Assembly (NCBI GenBank): GCA_963810285.1
Contig: CAWEMV010000002.1
Span: 1,757,177-1,821,176 of the forward strand
Direction: 5' to 3'
Length of the DNA: 64,000 nucleotides
DNA from: an uncultured Chloroflexia bacterium
Lineage (GTDB): Bacteria; Chloroflexota; Limnocylindria; Limnocylindrales; CSP1-4
Shown: piece after piece, positions 1-8,764 of the stretch
Layout of the letters: the number at the start of each line of letters is the position of its first letter
Position numbering within the stretch: position 1 is the stretch's first letter
The notes under the pieces: model-generated
Database searches by the model: none
Told to the model about the DNA's origin: nothing
What the model saw: the letters and a program-made list of their open reading frames with translations, nothing else
Program-made: the position numbers and the translations under genes

Positions 1-1
1 G

Positions 2-109
2 TTCATCGTGACCGGCAAGTACGGTCCGCTGAAGGAGGGCGAGCTCGAGCGAGCCCGCTCGTGGGGCGCCGATTTGGCGTCGGCTGCCCAGGACGGGACA
101 CCTTCCTGA
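2..109 (+). CDS. 3' end of an unidentified gene entering from upstream (...KYGPLKEGELERARSWGADLASAAQDGTPS*)
   Basis: The frame is open from the window edge to TGA at 107-109, with GC-rich third codon positions. It is too short to assign a family. Confidence 0.3.
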   Translation, partial: FIVTGKYGPLKEGELERARSWGADLASAAQDGTPS

Positions 110-121
110 GCAGCCGCGGAC

Positions 122-151
122 GGGCCAGGGTCGCGTATCCCGCCCTGGCCC
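122..151 (+). terminator. Hairpin downstream of the incoming gene (9-bp perfect stem gggccaggg/ccctggccc, 12-nt loop)
   Basis: The inverted repeat was read directly. There is no U-tract, so terminator function is uncertain. Confidence 0.3.
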
Positions 152-177
152 GCCGCCCGACCCCGTAGAGTCGCTCC

Positions 178-1446
178 ATGCGGATCGTCAGCCCGGAAGA
201 CGCGGTCGCCGTCATCGACAGCGGCCACCAGGTCTACGTCCACTGCGCTGCGGCCGCGCCATCGGTCCTGCTCGATGCCCTCGTGGCTCGCGCCCGCGGG
301 GACCATTTGCGCGACGTGAGCGTCGTCCACCTGCACATCGAGGGGCCAGGACCGCACCTCGCCCCGGACATGGCCGGTCACATCCGGCACCGAGCCCTGT
401 TCATCGGGCCGAACGCCCGCCGCGCGGTGGAGGAGGGGCGGGCCGACTACGTCCCGGTCTTCCTGTCCGACGTCCCGGACCTGTTCACGTCGGGCGCTCT
501 CCATCTCGACGCTGTGCTGGTGAACGCGACGCCCCCGGATGCGCACGGGTTCTGCTCGCTCGGGACGTCGGTCGAGGCGATCCATGCCGCCGTGCGCGCC
601 GCGCGGACCGTCATCGTCCAGTTCAACCGCGCGATGCCGCGCACCCTCGGCGACAGCTTCATCCACGTCGATGACATCGATCTCGCGGTCGAGGTCGACG
701 TCCCGCCATACGAGCACCCCATCGGGGAGATCGGGGATGTGGAGCGGCGAATCGGCGCCCACGTGGCCGAGCTCATCCCGGATGCCGCCACGCTCCAGCT
801 CGGGATCGGCGCGATCCCGGCGGCGACCGCTCTATTCCTGCGCGACAAGCGCGACCTCGGGATCCACACCGAGATGTTCACGGACTCGGTCGTCGACCTC
901 GTCGAGGCCGGGGCCATCACCGGCAATGCCAAGGAGCGCAACCGCGGGAAGATCGTGACTGCCTTCGTGCTCGGGACCGCGCGCCTGTACCGCTTCATGC
1001 ACGACAACCCGATGGTCGAGATGCGGCCGGTCGACTTCACCAATGACTCGGCCATCATCCGGACCTTCCGCCGGATGGTTGCGATCAACTCGGCGATCGA
1101 GGTGGACCTCACCGGCCAGGTCGTGGCCGACTCGATCGGCCATCGGATGTACTCGGGCGTCGGCGGCCAGATGGACTTCATCCGCGGCGCCGCGCTCGCC
1201 GAGCAGGGCCGGGCCATCATCGCGCTGCCCTCGACGGCTGCACGGGGAACGACATCGCGCATCGTGGCGACGCTCCAGCCGGGCGCCGGCGTCGTCACGA
1301 CCCGGGCGCACGTGCGAACGGTGGTCACCGAGTACGGCGTCGCCGACCTGTTCGGCAAGAGCGTGCGCGAGCGGGCCGAGGCGCTGATCGCGATCGCCCA
1401 CCCGGATTTCCGCGACGGACTCCGCTCCGAGCTGCGCCGCCACTGA
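178..1446 (+). CDS. Acetyl-CoA hydrolase/transferase family protein (4-hydroxybutyrate CoA-transferase-like)
   Basis: 422-aa ORF. The N-terminus and overall pattern (DYVPVFLSD, GxCSLG, QLGIGAIP, HTEMFTD, INSAIEVDLTGQV, SGVGGQMDF) are typical of the AcetylCoA_hydro/transf family. Confidence 0.85.
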   Translation: MRIVSPEDAVAVIDSGHQVYVHCAAAAPSVLLDALVARARGDHLRDVSVVHLHIEGPGPHLAPDMAGHIRHRALFIGPNARRAVEEGRADYVPVFLSDVPDLFTSGALHLDAVLVNATPPDAHGFCSLGTSVEAIHAAVRAARTVIVQFNRAMPRTLGDSFIHVDDIDLAVEVDVPPYEHPIGEIGDVERRIGAHVAELIPDAATLQLGIGAIPAATALFLRDKRDLGIHTEMFTDSVVDLVEAGAITGNAKERNRGKIVTAFVLGTARLYRFMHDNPMVEMRPVDFTNDSAIIRTFRRMVAINSAIEVDLTGQVVADSIGHRMYSGVGGQMDFIRGAALAEQGRAIIALPSTAARGTTSRIVATLQPGAGVVTTRAHVRTVVTEYGVADLFGKSVRERAEALIAIAHPDFRDGLRSELRRH

Positions 1447-1469
1447 TCGAGGCCGCAGCGTCGGGAGGA

Positions 1470-2690
1470 GTGGCACCTCGCATCGCTGCCCTACGGCACT
1501 GGATAGCGTGGCGCCGCTGCGCGACCCTCGAGGCGATGGATCTCGTGCGGCACGACGTCGGGCCGATCGCATCGGCCGTTTGCGACACGCGACAGACTCT
1601 CGATGCTGTCGTCCGGTCGATGGTCTTCGTCCTGAAGGCTCTCCCATGGACCTCCGGGACGATCGATCGGCTGACGCCGGCGCCGATCGTCGAGACGCTC
1701 GCCTACCCGACCCGCACGGGGTGGGCCGAGGCCGACCTCTTTCGGCCGAGGTCCCCCGGACGGCATCCGGGCGTTCTCGTCAGCCTCGGCGTCGTCCCGG
1801 CCGGTGTCGAACACCCGCATCGGGCACGCTTCGGGGAGGCGCTCGCCCGCGCGGGGTTCGCCGCGCTCCTCCACTGGTCGCCCGCGATGCGCGATCTCCG
1901 TCTCGACCCGGCCGACATCGGTGACCTGACGTCCGCCTACCGCACGCTCATCGACCAACCCTATGTCGATCCGACCCGCAGCGGCCTGATGGGAACGTGC
2001 GTCGGTGGGTCGTTCGCGCTGATGGCCGCTGCGCGGCCATCGATCCGCGACCGGCTCGCGTTCGTCAGCGCGTACGCGCCGTATGCGTCGATGTGGACGC
2101 TCGTCCGTGACGTCGCGAGCGCGACACGCGAGACCGATGGCCGGCGCGAGCCATGGCAGGTCGATCCGTTGGTGTGGAAGACGTTCGTTCGTGCGCTGAC
2201 CGAGCCGCTCGACACCGCTGAAGCGCGGCGGCTGCGCGATGCCTTCGAGGACCGCTTCGCCTGGGATCCCTCGAAGACGCGCATCAGCGAGCGCACACCG
2301 GGCGTGTCGATCGATTCCGCGGGGTCGTCGGAGGACGGCCGCGCCGTGCTGCGACTCCTCACCGCCGATGGCGCCGAGGCGGCCGACGAGGCGCTGCGGC
2401 TGTTGCCACCCGACATCCAGGCGTCGCTCAACGCGCTGTCGCCGATGACCTATCTCCACGACCTCCGAGCGCCGCTGATCGTCCTGCTCCACGACCGTCG
2501 CGACCACATGATCCCGGTCACCGAATCGCGCCAGCTGTGGTCCGTCCTGGCGGAACGTCCGGGCGCCAGGTACACGGAGCTCGGGCTCCGACACCTCGAT
2601 CCCACGAAGCTCTCGCCCTCCAGCCTCGTCCGTGAGATCCCGAGGCTCTACCGGGCGATCTACCCCCTCTTCCGCTGCACCGAGGCGTGA
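1470..2690 (+). CDS. Alpha/beta hydrolase, dienelactone-hydrolase-like (Cys nucleophile elbow GTCVGGS)
   Basis: 406-aa ORF with a G-x-C-x-G elbow and a C-terminal 'LLHDRRDHMIP' acid/His region. The start is uncertain: GTG 1470 sits too close to GGGAGGA, and ATG 1536 is an alternative. Confidence 0.7.
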   Translation: MAPRIAALRHWIAWRRCATLEAMDLVRHDVGPIASAVCDTRQTLDAVVRSMVFVLKALPWTSGTIDRLTPAPIVETLAYPTRTGWAEADLFRPRSPGRHPGVLVSLGVVPAGVEHPHRARFGEALARAGFAALLHWSPAMRDLRLDPADIGDLTSAYRTLIDQPYVDPTRSGLMGTCVGGSFALMAAARPSIRDRLAFVSAYAPYASMWTLVRDVASATRETDGRREPWQVDPLVWKTFVRALTEPLDTAEARRLRDAFEDRFAWDPSKTRISERTPGVSIDSAGSSEDGRAVLRLLTADGAEAADEALRLLPPDIQASLNALSPMTYLHDLRAPLIVLLHDRRDHMIPVTESRQLWSVLAERPGARYTELGLRHLDPTKLSPSSLVREIPRLYRAIYPLFRCTEA

Positions 2691-2714
2691 TCGTTCCACG
2701 CCGAAGGAGGACCG

Positions 2715-4268
2715 ATGGACACCATCGTCACGACCCGATCCGGAGACGTTCGGGGGCGACTCGTCGACGGCACGATCACGTTCCTGGGCATCCCCTACGC
2801 GGCGCCGCCGTTCGGCGCCGAACGACTCCTTCCGCCCCGGCCGCACGATGCCTGGAACGGCGTCCGTGATGCCGTCGCCCACGGTGTGGAGCCGGCGCAA
2901 GCCAAGCCCGATGACCCGGCGCTCGCCGCGATGGTCCCGGATCCAGCCGTTCCCGGACCGGACTGCCTGAACCTCGACGTCTGGACGCCCGAGCTCGGTT
3001 CGGCACGACTGCCGGTCATGGTCTGGATCCCCGGCGGGATGTTCGAGGTCGGATCCAGCGCCTCGTACGACGGGAGCCGGTTCGCGCGTGATGGCGTCGT
3101 CTGCGTCGCGATCAACTATCGGGTCGGTGCCGAGGGCTTTTTGTACCTCCCCGACAGCACGCCGAACCTCGGCTTGCTTGACCAGATCGCCGCGCTGGAG
3201 TGGGTCCGCGACAACATCGCGGCCTTCGGGGGCGACCCCGACGCGGTCACGATCTTCGGCGAGTCGGCCGGCGCGATGTCGGTGGGCACGCTCCTCTCGA
3301 TGCCGGGGGCTCGCGGTCTGTTCCGACGGGCCATCGCCCAGAGCGGCGCCGCCGACCGCGTCGTCGCGGCGGAGACGGCCGAGCGCGTCGGGCGGGCATT
3401 CGCCGAGCGGCTCGGCGTGGCAGCCACACGCGAGGCTGTGGGCGCGGTGCCCATCGATCGCATCGTCGAGGCGCAGTCGGAGCTCAAGGCGGACCTGCTC
3501 GCGCATCCAGACCCCGAACGGTGGGGCGAGGACGTCGTCGCGAGCTCGCTGCCGTGGCAGCCCGTGATCGACGGCGTCGTCATCCCGGACCCGCCGATCG
3601 ACCGCATCACTGCCGGCGCGGCGGACGACATCGACCTCATCGTCGGCAGCAACGCCGACGACTGGCGGCTGTTCGTGGCCATGAACGGAGCGCTCGAGCA
3701 CGTCACCGACGAGATCCTCACCGGCGACGTCCTCGACCATGGCTACCTTGCCCTGGCCGCCTACGGTCTCCCGCCGGCCGAGACCTTGACCGCGTACCGG
3801 ACGTGGTACCCGGGGGCGGCGCCGGGCGAGCTGTTCGCGGCGATCCAGACCGACTGGTGGTGCCGCATCCCGGCGCTCCGTCTTGCCGACGCGCATGTCG
3901 GACCGAACGCCGCCACGTTCATGTACGAGTTCGCCTGGCGGTCACCGGCGCTCGGAGGCATGGTCGGAGCCTGTCACGCGCTCGAGATCGGCTTCGTCTT
4001 CGACACGCTCGACAAGGGCATGGACCAGATGGTCGGTCCATTGCTGGGCGACGACCCGCCGCAGGTGCTGGCCGACGCCATGCACGGAGCCTGGGTCCAC
4101 TTCGCGACCACGGGCGACGCCGGGTGGCCTCGCTACGACCACGACCGCCGGGCGACGATGCGCTTCGCGACGGCGTCGGAGGTCGTGGACGATCCGCGGT
4201 CCGCGGAACGGGCGCTGTGGGAACGCATCTGGCAACCGGCGTTCGATCGGGTCGCCCTGGCACGCTGA
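2715..4268 (+). CDS. Carboxylesterase type B (para-nitrobenzyl-esterase-like)
   Basis: 517 aa with hallmark motifs 'FLGIPYAAPPFG', 'PVMVWIPGG' and 'FGESAGA' (Ser nucleophile). GGAGG lies upstream of the ATG. Confidence 0.9.
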   Translation: MDTIVTTRSGDVRGRLVDGTITFLGIPYAAPPFGAERLLPPRPHDAWNGVRDAVAHGVEPAQAKPDDPALAAMVPDPAVPGPDCLNLDVWTPELGSARLPVMVWIPGGMFEVGSSASYDGSRFARDGVVCVAINYRVGAEGFLYLPDSTPNLGLLDQIAALEWVRDNIAAFGGDPDAVTIFGESAGAMSVGTLLSMPGARGLFRRAIAQSGAADRVVAAETAERVGRAFAERLGVAATREAVGAVPIDRIVEAQSELKADLLAHPDPERWGEDVVASSLPWQPVIDGVVIPDPPIDRITAGAADDIDLIVGSNADDWRLFVAMNGALEHVTDEILTGDVLDHGYLALAAYGLPPAETLTAYRTWYPGAAPGELFAAIQTDWWCRIPALRLADAHVGPNAATFMYEFAWRSPALGGMVGACHALEIGFVFDTLDKGMDQMVGPLLGDDPPQVLADAMHGAWVHFATTGDAGWPRYDHDRRATMRFATASEVVDDPRSAERALWERIWQPAFDRVALAR

Positions 4269-4390
4269 GGGTGCGCCGGTCCTCCGGACGAGGCCACGTG
4301 GTCCACCGGTCACGAGCCATCCGGCCCTGCGGGCGCCCGGCCGGGTCTGCCTACGCTCGCACCGTTGACAACCATCGGAGGCATCCTGCC

Positions 4391-4795
4391 GTGTTGAAGA
4401 TCCTGTTCGCTGCGTTCCTGGTCCTCCACGGGGCGATCCACCTGAGCTACGTCTCGCCGCGTCCGCCTGCAACGGCCGGCGGCCCCGCCTGGCCGTTCTC
4501 GCTCGACAGCTCCTGGATCCTGACGCCGCTGGGTGTCGGGTCGGACCTCGGCCGAGCGCTCGGCGTGGCACTCGCAGCCGTAACGATCGTGGCCTTCGCG
4601 CTCGCGGCAGCTAGTGTCCTCGGTCTCCTCCCGCCCGGTCTCTGGTCCATCGCGGTGGGGATCGGCGCGGCCTCGTCGATCGCGCTGCTCGTGCTGTTCT
4701 TCCATCCCTGGCTCGTGCTCGGCATCGTCATCGACGTCGTCCTCCTCGCCGCCCTGTGGCTGGGTGACTGGTCGCCACAGACGCTCGGGGGGTGA
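4391..4795 (+). CDS. Small integral membrane protein (about 134 aa, 4 predicted TM segments), unknown function
   Basis: This is the C-terminal part of ORF 3200..4795. An in-frame GTG at 4391 is preceded by GGAGG (4377-4381). The product is hydrophobic: 'ILFAAFLVLHGAIHL...LLVLFFHPWLVLGIVIDVVLLAALWL'. Confidence 0.6.
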   Translation: MLKILFAAFLVLHGAIHLSYVSPRPPATAGGPAWPFSLDSSWILTPLGVGSDLGRALGVALAAVTIVAFALAAASVLGLLPPGLWSIAVGIGAASSIALLVLFFHPWLVLGIVIDVVLLAALWLGDWSPQTLGG

Positions 4796-4928
4796 TCGCG
4801 ACGAGGTGGACGGAGTCGCGACCACTCCCGACGGTCCCAGCGATCGCGGGCCGAACGGCCCTGTCGGCGGGCGCGCGTCCACGGAAGCATCACCGCATCG
4901 GTATGTCTTTGTCTGAAGGAGCCGCGTT

Positions 4929-6308
4929 ATGCGCCGACCGTCGATCCTCGCCCTTGGAGCTGTGTTGGTGCTGGCCGGCTGCACGTCCGCGCAGGCGCCC
5001 AGCTGGACATTTCCGCCGACCACGGGTAGCGGCACCGGAGCGTCTTCACCGGCGGCCGCCCCGGCGCCGTCGCCATCCGGGGCGACCGGCGAAACGCTCC
5101 GCATCGAGGCCTTCGACCTGGGCTTCACCCCGGCCACGCTGGAGGTGCCGGCCGCCGGTCGCTACGAAGTCGAGCTGGTGAACACGGGGGCGGCGCCCCA
5201 CGATGTCACGTTCCCGACCGGCGAGGTCGCGCTGGCCCAGCCGGGCGAGACGGCGACCGTGGAGGTCGACATCCCGGCCGGCGGCACCACGTTCCTGTGC
5301 TCGATCCCCGGGCACGCCGACGCCGGCATGAAGGGCGACGTCGCGGTCGCCGGTGCGGCAGCGGCCAGTCACGATCCGGACGACCACGGCGGCCCGGCTC
5401 CCGAGACCGGTGTGGCGGCCGATCCCAACGCACCTGCCTATACCCCCTACGACCCCAAGGCGCCGGCCCGGCTCGATGGCGACGTCCACGACATCGACCT
5501 GGTCATGACCGAACAGCAGATGACGGTCGCCGAGGGCTATGCCGTCGCCGTCTGGACCTTCGGTGGGACCGTGCCCGGGCCTGTCATCCGGGTCAAGGTC
5601 GGTGACACGATCCGCGTCCATCTCAAGAACCCGGCCGAGAACCAGCTCTCGCACTCCATCGACTTCCACGCGAGCCAGGTCGCCTGGAACGACGAGATGC
5701 GCTCGATCGCGCCGGGCGAGGAGCTCCTCTACGAGTGGACCGCCGAGTACGCCGGCGTGTGGATGTACCACTGCGGGACATCGCCCGCGCTGCACCACAT
5801 CGCCAACGGCATGTACGGCATGGTCATCGTCGAGCCGGCGGAGGGCCTGCCCCCGGTCGACAACGAGTTCGCCCTCGTACAGAGCGAGTGGTACCTCGGC
5901 GCACAGGGCCAGCCCAGCGACCTGACCAAGGCGTCGGCGGCCGCGCCGGCCCCGGACTTCGTGGTCTTCAACGGCGTCGCCAACCAGTACGTCGACAACC
6001 CGATCCAGGTCGGGACCGGCGAATCCAACCGGATCTTCGTCCTCGACACCGGCCCGAGCATCGACAGCTCGTTCCATATCGTCGGGACGATCTTCAACAC
6101 CGTCATCCGTGAGGGTGTCCGGCTCGAGAAGGGCAACCCCGGGAACTTCGGCTCGCAGGCGATGGACCTCTCGCCGGCCCAGGGCGGCATCGTCGAGTTC
6201 ACGACGGCCGAGGACGGGCAGTACCCCGTCGTGACGCACGCCTTCAACTTCGTGGGTCGTGGGGCGCTCGGCATCATCCAGGCCGGTGACGGCGATCCGA
6301 CGAACTGA
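4929..6308 (+). CDS. nirK: Copper-containing nitrite reductase NirK, lipoprotein form with N-terminal cupredoxin domain
   Basis: The signal and lipobox are 'LVLAGC'. The N-terminal blue-copper motif is 'FLCSIPGHADAGMKG'. The NirK core has 'HSIDFHA' (H-x4-H) and 'YHCGTSPALHHIANGMYG' (T2 His plus T1 Cys/His/Met), with a C-terminal 'VVTHAFNF'. GAAGGAG lies 8 nt upstream of the ATG. Confidence 0.85.
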   Translation: MRRPSILALGAVLVLAGCTSAQAPSWTFPPTTGSGTGASSPAAAPAPSPSGATGETLRIEAFDLGFTPATLEVPAAGRYEVELVNTGAAPHDVTFPTGEVALAQPGETATVEVDIPAGGTTFLCSIPGHADAGMKGDVAVAGAAAASHDPDDHGGPAPETGVAADPNAPAYTPYDPKAPARLDGDVHDIDLVMTEQQMTVAEGYAVAVWTFGGTVPGPVIRVKVGDTIRVHLKNPAENQLSHSIDFHASQVAWNDEMRSIAPGEELLYEWTAEYAGVWMYHCGTSPALHHIANGMYGMVIVEPAEGLPPVDNEFALVQSEWYLGAQGQPSDLTKASAAAPAPDFVVFNGVANQYVDNPIQVGTGESNRIFVLDTGPSIDSSFHIVGTIFNTVIREGVRLEKGNPGNFGSQAMDLSPAQGGIVEFTTAEDGQYPVVTHAFNFVGRGALGIIQAGDGDPTN

Positions 6309-6332
6309 CCCGCTGCGCCAGGCGACGGGTCA
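6304..6332. terminator. Hairpin between convergent nirK and the CBS gene (8-bp stem ctgacccg/cgggtcag)
   Basis: An inverted repeat overlaps the nirK stop codon and lies between two convergent gene ends. Confidence 0.35.
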
Positions 6333-6340
6333 GTCGGGGA

Positions 6341-6775
6341 TCAGCCGTCCGCGTAGAGGGCGACGAAGTCGCTCGCCGACAGGACCCCCACCGGACGACC
6401 GGCGTCATCGACCGCGACGAGACGGTGGATGCGGCGCTCACGCATCAGGGATGCAGCCTCGTGCAGCGGGGTCATCGGCGAGATGGTGACCGCGGGCGAG
6501 CTCATGAGCTCGCCGACACGGAGCCCGCTCGGGCGTCGCCGGAGGAGGACCGCCATCGGGATGCTGCCGTCCTCGACCACGTCGGTGCGGCTGATGACCC
6601 CGACAAGATCGCCGTTCGCATCGACCACCGGCAGCCCGCTCACCACGCTGTCGTGCATGAGGCCTTCGGCCTCCTCGATGGGCGCATCGACGCCGATGAC
6701 GACAGGGTCCAGCGTCATGAGGTCGGCGACGACCAGGCCCGGATCGTCCTGCGCCCGCGCACCTTGACCAGTCAT
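6341..6775 (-). CDS. CBS-pair domain protein (144 aa)
   Basis: This is the tail of ORF 6341..7555, starting at in-frame ATG 6775. It has two CBS motifs ('VADLMTLDPVVIGVDAPIEEAEGLMHDSVVSGLPVVDANGDLVGVISRTDV' and 'VGELMSSPAVTISPMTPLHEAASLMRERRIHRLVAVDDAGRPVGVLSASD'). Confidence 0.85.
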   Translation of the reverse strand: MTGQGARAQDDPGLVVADLMTLDPVVIGVDAPIEEAEGLMHDSVVSGLPVVDANGDLVGVISRTDVVEDGSIPMAVLLRRRPSGLRVGELMSSPAVTISPMTPLHEAASLMRERRIHRLVAVDDAGRPVGVLSASDFVALYADG

Positions 6776-6789
6776 GGCATCCCCTTCAT

Positions 6790-7596
6790 CTACAGCGTCA
6801 GGTTCGCGATCGTCAGCTGTCGGTCGGTCCAGGCGACGAGGTTGCCGAGCTGTCGAGCGTCGAGGCGATCGCATGCCCAGGACCAGTGGATCGACACGAT
6901 GTCGCCGGGGACGGTGTCGTCGAGGAACCCGATCGTGTCGCGCCAGGCCTGGACGCGCTCGATGACCGGCCCGGTGTGGCGGAGCCTGCCGTCGATCAGC
7001 TCGAGGCGCGTGGCCGACACGATGAGCTGGTCCCCGATCCGCTCGACCACCCGACCCCATCGGATCCGGCACGAGTCGATGACATCGAGGATCCCGTCCA
7101 CCTGGCCTCCCCGCATCAGCCCGACCCGCGGGAAGATGTCGAGCACGTGGAAGGCGTGGACCGGCCGGGCACCATCGAGCGGCTTCGTGGCCAGCCACCG
7201 CCAGTCGGCCGGTCGCAGCCGCGGCCGGAACCGGTCGTCGAGCGAGGCGCCGAACGTATTCGCGGGCACGGCCGCAAGGAGGTCGTTCCCCAGCCAGTAC
7301 GCCTCCACCACCCGGCGGTCGAGCGGATCCGGCAGACCGTTGGACGCCGCGATGAGCGTCAGGTACGGGTACGCGCCCTCGAACCGGCGGGCGAGGTCCC
7401 GCAGCACGCGATCCTGTCCTGCCGCCCCGGCCTCGAGCAGCTCGTCGGCGTCGTCGGGGCCGCAGTAGCCGTGGCGGTTCGGGCCGTATGCGTAGCGGGC
7501 GAACAGGACGGGACCGGACGCGGGCGGTCGTCGGACCACCGGGGCATCCGCCCACCGATCGGCAGCCACGGTCGCGTCCGTCGTCGGCCCGATCAC
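6790..7596 (-). CDS. Conserved hypothetical protein (about 268 aa), last-but-one gene of the hydrogenase/PFOR operon
   Basis: This is the tail of ORF 6790..8007. The in-frame GTG at 7596 forms a GTGA overlap with the stop of the upstream DMT gene. The sequence is coding-like ('YAYGPNRHGYCGPDD...AYPYLTLIAASNGLPDPLDRRVVEAYWLGNDLL'). I cannot confidently name a domain. Confidence 0.6.
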   Translation of the reverse strand: MIGPTTDATVAADRWADAPVVRRPPASGPVLFARYAYGPNRHGYCGPDDADELLEAGAAGQDRVLRDLARRFEGAYPYLTLIAASNGLPDPLDRRVVEAYWLGNDLLAAVPANTFGASLDDRFRPRLRPADWRWLATKPLDGARPVHAFHVLDIFPRVGLMRGGQVDGILDVIDSCRIRWGRVVERIGDQLIVSATRLELIDGRLRHTGPVIERVQAWRDTIGFLDDTVPGDIVSIHWSWACDRLDARQLGNLVAWTDRQLTIANLTL

Positions 7597-8537
7597 GCGA
7601 TCGCCCGCTTCACGGGACGGCGGGTCCCGACCGCGACCAGGGCGATGGCGGCCAGCGCGATCAATGCGTAGCCGCCCACCGCCGTCGCCTCCGGCACGAC
7701 GCCCCGCGAGACGGCGGTCAGCAGCCCGGTGATGACGGCCCCGACGACGAGGATCGAGGTCACCTCGGTCGCCGGCGCGCGCCGGAGCGCCGCGAACCAC
7801 GTCGCGACGTACCCCGACAGCAGCAGCCCGGTGAGGGCCACCCATGCCCATGCCGCGGCGTCCATCGCCACGATGGCGCCCGCCCGGCCGGTGATCGCCA
7901 CGTAGCCGACGAGGACGATGAGCCCGATCCCGAGCCGGGCGGCGCCGACGATCGGCGATCGAACGCGGGCCAGGACCCGCTTGGCAAGCACGACCTCGAT
8001 CGTCCACAGGGCGGTGGCGGCCGCGATAAACGTCTCACCCGTGCCCCACGTGATGCCGAGCGGCGGCAGGATCAGGATCTGCCCCAGCAGCAGCACGCCC
8101 AGCGCCGCCAGCGGGGCCCAGCCGAGACGCTCTCCGAGGAGCGGGCCGGCCATGAGCGCGACCCAGATGAACATCGTCTTGTGGATGAACGCCGCCGACG
8201 GAGCGCTGGCCATGGCCAGACCGGAGAAGAACAGCACGAACGCGACGCCGCCGCCGATGATCCCGATGACGCCGAGCCATGCCCGGTCGCGGCGGTCGAC
8301 CGCGCGCACCTCGTCCATCCGGACGACGAGCCCCGCCAGCACGACGAGGGCCAGCACGGCCACGATGTTCTTGAGCGTCGTGAAGACGACCGCGTCCGGC
8401 ACGGCCTTGACCGCGGTAGCGTTGACGAAGATCGAGATGCCGCTGATCGTCGCCGTAGCGGCGGCCAGGGCGAGGCCGGTCGTTCGTGTGCTCGGGATGC
8501 TGAGCGCGGGCGCGCGGTGGACGAAGGTCGTGTTCAT
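7593..8537 (-). CDS. EamA/DMT-family transporter (10-TM type)
   Basis: 314 aa, highly hydrophobic, with the two-halves architecture typical of the drug/metabolite transporter superfamily. There is an ATGA overlap with the hypC stop. Confidence 0.8.
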   Translation of the reverse strand: MNTTFVHRAPALSIPSTRTTGLALAAATATISGISIFVNATAVKAVPDAVVFTTLKNIVAVLALVVLAGLVVRMDEVRAVDRRDRAWLGVIGIIGGGVAFVLFFSGLAMASAPSAAFIHKTMFIWVALMAGPLLGERLGWAPLAALGVLLLGQILILPPLGITWGTGETFIAAATALWTIEVVLAKRVLARVRSPIVGAARLGIGLIVLVGYVAITGRAGAIVAMDAAAWAWVALTGLLLSGYVATWFAALRRAPATEVTSILVVGAVITGLLTAVSRGVVPEATAVGGYALIALAAIALVAVGTRRPVKRAIA

Positions 8538-8764
8538 GATCGTGCTCCTGGGTCCTGCCGGGCGAGCCGGACGAGCTGTTCGACGCGATCGGCCTCTCTC
8601 GGGTCGAATCGCGCGATGATCGATCCCGCGGCCACGATCACCCGATCACCGACGGCCGCGTCGGGAAGCGCCAGCGTGGTCGCCCGGCGCAGGCGGCCGT
8701 CGATGCGAACGACGGCCTCCGCGCCGTCGAGCTCCACCACCTCGGCGGGATAGGTCAGGCACAT
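8534..8764 (-). CDS. hypC: [NiFe]-hydrogenase maturation chaperone HypC/HupF family
   Basis: 76 aa starting 'MCLTYPAEVVEL' (the essential N-terminal Met-Cys). This is the C-terminal part of ORF 8534..9229. The start ATG (8764-8762) overlaps the PFOR stop (TGA 8766-8764) by 1 nt. Confidence 0.85.
   Translation of the reverse strand: MCLTYPAEVVELDGAEAVVRIDGRLRRATTLALPDAAVGDRVIVAAGSIIARFDPREADRVEQLVRLARQDPGARS

Noticed and set aside
1491-3896. 801-aa antisense ORF across the hydrolase and esterase genes. There are similar long antisense or alternative-frame ORFs at 15815..17743, 23936..25891, 33563..36916, 42923..45634 and 13919..14920.
   Set aside because: They are Arg/Gly/Pro/Asp-rich with no recognisable domains. 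Each lies opposite or overlapping a gene with strong family motifs. Long open shadow frames are expected at about 70% GC.
3200-4390. N-terminal 397 codons of ORF 3200..4795
   Set aside because: This overlaps the type-B carboxylesterase in another frame and is Arg-rich junk. The real gene is the membrane protein from GTG 4391, which has a GGAGG.
6776-7555. Upstream 260 codons of ORF 6341..7555
   Set aside because: This overlaps the better-supported 6790..7596 gene in another frame and has low-complexity Arg/Pro composition. The CBS protein starts at ATG 6775.
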